From contig NC_007484.1 of assembly GCF_000012805.1 (NCBI RefSeq), positions 2,610,001 to 2,642,000 on the forward strand: a DNA stretch of 32,000 nt, read 5' to 3'. A program made the position numbers and the translations under genes. Source of the DNA: Nitrosococcus oceani ATCC 19707 (lineage in GTDB: Bacteria > Pseudomonadota > Gammaproteobacteria > Nitrosococcales > Nitrosococcaceae). The notes under the pieces are model-generated. The model worked only from the letters and a program-made list of their open reading frames with translations, was not told the origin of the DNA and did no database searches. Every line of letters begins with the position of its first letter. The stretch's first letter is position 1. This document shows positions 27,863 through 32,000 of this stretch, piece by piece.

Positions 27863-28240
27863 CTAAATGATTTGGCTTATAGTAAAACCAAGAAACACGC
27901 ACACTAGGCCCAAACTATTTTGGCCAATGAGGTGGATGGCCGCTAATAGCCATTCAGAATCTCGTAAAAACTGGCTCGCCTCAAAAGCAAAGGTAGAAAA
28001 TGTAGTAAATGCTCCCATAAAACCAGTCAGCACAATAAAACGAATTTCACCAGTAATAAGCAGCCGCTCCTCCGCCAATGCCCAGATCATCCCAAATAGA
28101 AAGCAACCCAACCCATTCACCACCCACGTTCCCCAAGGAAAACTTGCGCCACACAGATTCTGTACTAGTCCCGACAGGGCATAGCGGGAAAGGGTGCCTC
28201 CAGCCCCGGCTAAAGCTATCCAAGCGAGTTTTTGCCACAT
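27863..28240 (-). CDS. crcB: fluoride ion channel CrcB/FluC
   Basis: 125 aa with four TM helices and the CrcB signature (GAGGTLSRY ... LTGFMGAFTTFSTFAFE). Confidence 0.92.
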   Translation of the reverse strand: MWQKLAWIALAGAGGTLSRYALSGLVQNLCGASFPWGTWVVNGLGCFLFGMIWALAEERLLITGEIRFIVLTGFMGAFTTFSTFAFEASQFLRDSEWLLAAIHLIGQNSLGLVCVFLGFTISQII

Positions 28241-28307
28241 AATTTACGCTCTCCAGGAAATCTTTACCAATATCACGGGTCCTATAATTACCCATACTCG
28301 GATTCTG

Positions 28308-28328
28308 CTTTGCCCACGAAGGGCAAAG
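28308..28328. other. perfect 8-bp hairpin (CTTTGCCC acgaa GGGCAAAG) in the divergent crcB / ligase intergenic region
   Basis: Read directly. No U/T tract on either strand, so it is not a canonical terminator. It would be in the crcB 5' leader if transcription starts upstream of it. Confidence 0.5.
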
Positions 28329-28431
28329 GCAATACCTGCTCCAATTTAGGCGACTCTGCCATAAAATCCATATTTACTATGATGATTCCCAGCCGAGTTT
28401 AAGCTAGAGTTAACTATTCTTCATTTATCTC

Positions 28432-29877
28432 ATGGGCAGCAATATCATGGGCAGTGAAATTCCTTCCAGCCATTTTAGTCCAGAGGACTTTAAAAAGTTT
28501 ACCGAACGCCTCGATACAGAGACCCAACTAGTCGGTCATTGGTTAGCGCAAGATCATTTTGCTTATAACCAGAGGATCGGGTACGAGCTTGAGGCTTGGT
28601 TGATCAATAGTAACTTCCGGCCTGCTCCCATCAATGAGCGTTTTTTACAAGCGCTTGATAACCCCTTGGTGGTACCTGAGTTAGCCAGTTTTAATGTAGA
28701 GTTGAATAGTCCTCCCGAAAACTTATCCGGTGATGTTTTTAAACGCCTGGAAGAAGGCTTGAAACTAACTTATCGCCAGTGCCGCAACCAGGCCCGTTTA
28801 TTAGGCTGCGAGCTTGTAACGATTGGGATATTGCCCAACCTTAGAGAAGCGGACCTCTCACTTCAACACATGTCTAATCTCTCTCGCTACCGAGCGCTCA
28901 ATGAGCAAGTCTTGCGCCTGCGCCATCGTCGCCCACTACGTATAGATATCAAGGGGAAAGATCATCTCCGCACCACCCATAATAATGTAATGCTGGAAGC
29001 AGCAACCACATCTTTCCAGCTCCATCTTCAGATGCCCGCCCGCTACGCTGCTCGCTATTTTAACGCAGCCCTCATCCTTTCAGGACCAATGGTTGCCGCT
29101 TCCAGTAATTCCCCATTTTTATTTGGCAAAGACCTATGGGAAGAGACCCGAATTCCTTTATTTGAACAGTCTGTCTCTGTAGGAGGTCATAAGGACTCCG
29201 AGAAAGGCGATCTTAAGCGAGTGTCTTTCGGAGCCGGATATATCAGAGAATCTCTGCTAGAATGTTTTCAGGAAAATCAAAGCCACTTCCCGGTGATTTT
29301 GCCTGCTTTATTCGATAACCCCCCAGAGAATCTTGCCCACCTACGCCTTCACAATGGCACCATCTGGCGCTGGAATCGACCGCTCATAGGCTTTGATGCT
29401 CAGGGCGAGCCACATTTGCGGATCGAACACCGCGTAATTCCCGCAGGTCCCAGTATCCTGGATACTATTGCCAATGCAGCCTTATTTACCGGGATGATGA
29501 GTGCCTTGATAGGGAAAGAAGAACCCCCCGAGGAAAATATTCCTTTTTCTCTGGCGCGACGCAATTTCTACACTGCCGCCCGGCAGGGCCTAGAAGCTGA
29601 GCTTGACTGGTTCGGCGGTAACCGGGGAAAAGCTTCTACATTACTCATTGAACACTTACTTCCCCTGGCCCGCTCTGGCCTTGAGCAACTCGAAATCGAT
29701 TCAAATGATATTCAACATTACCTGGGAATCATCCAACAACGCCTTACAACAGGCCAAACTGGTTCCCGCTGGCAGCGACTCTATGTAGCCACTCATGGGC
29801 ACGATATGGATGCCCTCACCGCTGCTTATGTGGAACGGCAACAAGAGGAAAATCCAGTGCATGATTGGACAGTTTAG
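28432..29877 (+). CDS. carboxylate-amine ligase of the glutamate-cysteine ligase family 2 (GCS2 / YbdK-like), extended 481-aa form
   Basis: Blocks collinear with E. coli YbdK: IGYELEAWL (GIELEMQV), NVELNS, TSFQLHLQM (VFGQHVHVG), AASSNSPFLFGKDL (SAASPYMQGTDT), WRWNRP...LRIEHRVIPAG (HWDIRP...VEVRVMDT). A second in-frame ATG is at 28447. The substrate cannot be inferred. Confidence 0.8.
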   Translation: MGSNIMGSEIPSSHFSPEDFKKFTERLDTETQLVGHWLAQDHFAYNQRIGYELEAWLINSNFRPAPINERFLQALDNPLVVPELASFNVELNSPPENLSGDVFKRLEEGLKLTYRQCRNQARLLGCELVTIGILPNLREADLSLQHMSNLSRYRALNEQVLRLRHRRPLRIDIKGKDHLRTTHNNVMLEAATTSFQLHLQMPARYAARYFNAALILSGPMVAASSNSPFLFGKDLWEETRIPLFEQSVSVGGHKDSEKGDLKRVSFGAGYIRESLLECFQENQSHFPVILPALFDNPPENLAHLRLHNGTIWRWNRPLIGFDAQGEPHLRIEHRVIPAGPSILDTIANAALFTGMMSALIGKEEPPEENIPFSLARRNFYTAARQGLEAELDWFGGNRGKASTLLIEHLLPLARSGLEQLEIDSNDIQHYLGIIQQRLTTGQTGSRWQRLYVATHGHDMDALTAAYVERQQEENPVHDWTV

Positions 29878-29900
29878 ACAAGACGCCTAAGAATCCAGCT

Positions 29901-30923
29901 ATGTTGACAATAAGATATGAAATGCCCGCAGGGTTATTAAACTTGGAAGCCCACGAGCTTTACAAGAAATTAGAAGGGCCGACTCTGTTTCACCTGGCTG
30001 GACGACGCAAGCCCCCTCTCTTCGTCTCAGTACTACTCCATGGCAATGAACCTGTCGGCTGGGAGGCAATACGCCATCTTTTATCCCAATACCAAAATCG
30101 GGAGTTACCACGAGCGTTATCCCTTTTCGTTGGTAATATCACCGCTGCTCGCTATGGACTCCGACGCCTTGATGGTCAGCCTGATCACAACCGAATTTGG
30201 ACTTCAGGTAATACTCCGGAACATGCCATGGCAACTCAAGTCTACGAAGAGATGGCTAAAATTGGCTTGTTTGCCAGTATCGATATCCATAATAATACCG
30301 GCCTTAATCCTCACTATGCCTGCGTTAATAAGCTCGCTACTCCCTTTCTCCATTTAGCAGCCCTATTTAGCCGAACCGTTATTTACTTTGTTCGCCCCCA
30401 AGGGGTGCAGTCTCTGGCTTTTGCTGAGCTAGGACCAGCTGTTACGCTTGAATGCGGCCAGCCTGGTTGCCCTCAAGGTGTAGCTCACGCGCACGAATAC
30501 TTAACTGCTTGTTTGCATCTGGCGGAATTTCCCTTCCAGTCCGTTCCCAAACAAGATATCGAACTCTTCCATACCGTAGCCGTAGTCCGAATCCCGCCTG
30601 GACTGCGAGTTGGTTTTCATGGTGATGACTTGGACTTGCGCCTAATCGATAATCTAGACCAGCTAAATTTTCAGGAACTGCCCGTCAACACGCTCTTGGG
30701 CTGGCAGCCCTCGAATCGCAATATTTTGCTTACAGTCACTAACGAGCAGGATCAAGAAATAAGCGGGCGTTATTTTTATCTGAATGGCACCGAGCTTCGA
30801 ACTTGCCGCCCCGTCATGCCCTCGATGCTGACTCGTGATATCCGTATCATCCGCCAGGATTGTCTCTGCTACCTGATGGAGAGAATGCTACTGCCAAACG
30901 CTTCATTTGGAGTTTCGCCATGA
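29901..30923 (+). CDS. succinylglutamate desuccinylase / aspartoacylase (AstE/AspA, M14-like) family zinc hydrolase
   Basis: HxxE zinc motif (VSVLLHGNEPVGWEA) and a downstream His block (ASIDIHNNTGLNPHY) at family-typical spacing. The track start 29865 is a TTG overlapping the ligase by 13 nt, and the first ATG is 29901 (23 nt after the ligase stop). The start is uncertain. Confidence 0.72.
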   Translation: MLTIRYEMPAGLLNLEAHELYKKLEGPTLFHLAGRRKPPLFVSVLLHGNEPVGWEAIRHLLSQYQNRELPRALSLFVGNITAARYGLRRLDGQPDHNRIWTSGNTPEHAMATQVYEEMAKIGLFASIDIHNNTGLNPHYACVNKLATPFLHLAALFSRTVIYFVRPQGVQSLAFAELGPAVTLECGQPGCPQGVAHAHEYLTACLHLAEFPFQSVPKQDIELFHTVAVVRIPPGLRVGFHGDDLDLRLIDNLDQLNFQELPVNTLLGWQPSNRNILLTVTNEQDQEISGRYFYLNGTELRTCRPVMPSMLTRDIRIIRQDCLCYLMERMLLPNASFGVSP

Positions 30924-31120
30924 CTCATTTTAATTTTGTTCCTACAAAATCTTATCAGCCTAGCAAATTCGCGTTTCAACCGGTGCCTCGGGCTGGCCAC
31001 GACTTAGCGCGCAAGGCCTTCGGTTGGGTATCACCCTCCACGCGCATGACTTCTCCACCTCCCGAGGAATGGCACTATATAACAGGGAAGAAAAGCACAC
31101 AGCAAGGGGGTAAATTTTAA
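30920..31120 (+). CDS. candidate small protein (66 aa), translationally coupled to the AstE-like gene
   Basis: ATG 30920 overlaps the upstream TGA as ATGA. GGAG (30909-30912) lies 7 nt upstream. A double stop (TAA TAA) ends the ORF. Product: MTHFNFVPTKSYQPSKFAFQPVPRAGHDLARKAFGWVSPSTRMTSPPPEEWHYITGKKSTQQGGKF. No homology is recognisable by eye, so it could be non-coding. Confidence 0.4.
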   Translation: MTHFNFVPTKSYQPSKFAFQPVPRAGHDLARKAFGWVSPSTRMTSPPPEEWHYITGKKSTQQGGKF

Positions 31121-31165
31121 TAAGGCCGTTATCCATAACTCATAGGCCCTCTCTGGCATAAATAG

Positions 31166-32000
31166 TTAGATAATCATTCCTGCGCCAACGGTCTCATTGG
31201 TAAATTCGTTGATAAGAATTAAGCTACCCGTTCCCCGGTTCATGCGGTAGCTATCAAAAAACAACGGGCTCGTGGTCCTAATCTTGATTCGACCGATATC
31301 GTTGAGCCCAAGCGTTGCTCCATCCTCAAGCCGGCTTAAGGTCGTAATATCCACCTTATAGCGCACTTCTTTAACTACGCAGCGAGCATCCTTAGTCGTG
31401 TGTTTAATAGCGTACTTAGCGCCGGGGGTCAGCGGAGTTTCATTAAGCCAACAAACCATCAATTCAACATCTTGGGTAAATTGAGGTTGGTTAGCAGGTT
31501 TAACAATCATATCTCCCCGGCTAATATCGACATCGTCTTCCAGGGTAAAGGCTACTGCCATGGGGGCAAAAGCCTCATCAACTGGACCTTCCAAAGTATC
31601 AATAGACTTGATATGAGTTGAAAATCCTGAAGGAAGTGCGGTAATTTCATCTCCTGGACGAAAGATGCCTCCCTCTACCCGTCCAGCATAGCTGCGATAA
31701 TCATGGTATTGATCCGACTGGGGACGAATTACATATTGCACCGGAAAACGACCGTCAATATGATTGTAATCGCTCCCAATATGCACATTCTCCAAGGTAT
31801 GGAGCAAAGTCCCTCCTTGATACCATGGCATGTTTTCCGACTTTACTACGACATTATCTCCCTGTAAGGCGCTAATAGGAATATAATGGATATCAGGAAT
31901 ATCTAGCTTCGCTGCGAAATTTTCAAACTCTTTTTTGATTTTCTCAAATCGCTCCTCTTGATAATCCACCAAATCCATCTTATTGATGCACAACACAAGG
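31166..32000 (-). CDS. cysN: sulfate adenylyltransferase subunit 1 (CysN), C-terminal two thirds; the 5' end lies outside the window
   Basis: The frame is open to the window edge. GTPase G4 motif (INKMDLVDY), EF-Tu-like beta-barrel domains (FRFPVQYVIRP-type: GRFPVQYVIRPQ; YAGRVEGGIFRPGDEI) and a CysN-type C-terminus (LINEFTNETVGAGMII). No fused APS-kinase domain. Confidence 0.88.
   Translation of the reverse strand, partial: LVLCINKMDLVDYQEERFEKIKKEFENFAAKLDIPDIHYIPISALQGDNVVVKSENMPWYQGGTLLHTLENVHIGSDYNHIDGRFPVQYVIRPQSDQYHDYRSYAGRVEGGIFRPGDEITALPSGFSTHIKSIDTLEGPVDEAFAPMAVAFTLEDDVDISRGDMIVKPANQPQFTQDVELMVCWLNETPLTPGAKYAIKHTTKDARCVVKEVRYKVDITTLSRLEDGATLGLNDIGRIKIRTTSPLFFDSYRMNRGTGSLILINEFTNETVGAGMII

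Noticed and set aside
28349-28392. Plus-strand stretch AGGCGACUCUGCCAUAAAAUCC...CUAUGAUGAUUCCCAG loosely resembles the two conserved halves of the fluoride riboswitch (GGCGAUGGnGUUCGCCAUAAAC...CUGAUGAUGCCUAC)
   Set aside because: It points towards the ligase gene rather than crcB. The P1 loop is 4 nt short and lacks GAUGG. The pseudoknot pairing fails, since AUUCC has no GGAAU partner in the loop. Most likely a chance resemblance.
28241-28431. Expected a fluoride (crcB-motif) riboswitch on the minus strand upstream of crcB
   Set aside because: Reading the reverse complement, I found no GGnGAUGG...CC stem-loop, no AACCGC linker and no CUGAUGAUGCCUAC element. Only a covariance-model search can exclude a divergent copy.
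30860-30919. Longer 86-codon version of the small ORF starting at 30860
   Set aside because: Position 30860 is a TTG inside the AstE-like gene with no SD. The ATG at 30920 has a GGAG at 7 nt and an ATGA overlap, so only the 66-codon version is plausible.
1-32000. Looked for CRISPR repeats, tRNA/rRNA genes, IS elements or transposases, integrases, toxin-antitoxin pairs and known defence-system genes
   Set aside because: None seen. Every intergenic region is 292 nt or shorter. No regularly spaced repeats occur, and every large ORF is explained by a housekeeping or pilus function, apart from those flagged in the findings.

Overview
This window looks like a mostly core chromosomal segment of a gammaproteobacterium with moderate GC. 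All calls come from reading the translations and the DNA; no database search was run. From memory of the P. aeruginosa PAO1 map, the gene order resembles two Pseudomonas neighbourhoods: thiO / fimT-pilVWXY1E / lspA-ileS, and asmA-mutY-yggX.

I can support 27 protein-coding genes. Plus strand, left part: a 5'-truncated CorC/HlyC-family transporter, then a tightly packed chain of hypothetical, AsmA-family, SRPBCC-like, mutY and yggX. A convergent ThiO-like FAD oxidoreductase follows. Next is a type IV pilus minor-pilin/adhesin operon (fimT/U-like, pilV, pilW, pilX, a 1470-aa pilY1, pilE), ending at a strong hairpin shared with the convergent ileS-lspA operon. After that come an exported orphan, sfsA, and a long minus-strand run of crcB, DUF190, parE, parC, a wbpM/capD-like dehydratase and galU. 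The window ends with a plus-strand cassette (GCS2-type carboxylate-amine ligase, AstE/AspA-type zinc deacylase, a coupled 66-codon ORF) and a 5'-truncated cysN.

I saw no rRNA, tRNA, CRISPR array, transposase, integrase, prophage or recognisable defence genes.

The best candidate for an undescribed system is the ligase / deacylase / mini-protein cassette at 28432-31120. Secondary oddities:
- a 4-codon uORF carrying the only strong SD in front of parE
- a fimU-positioned minor pilin with a FimT-type GRxR tail
- a hypermutable-looking acidic insert in pilV
- an orphan ORF translationally coupled to asmA
- crcB-DUF190 with no recognisable fluoride riboswitch
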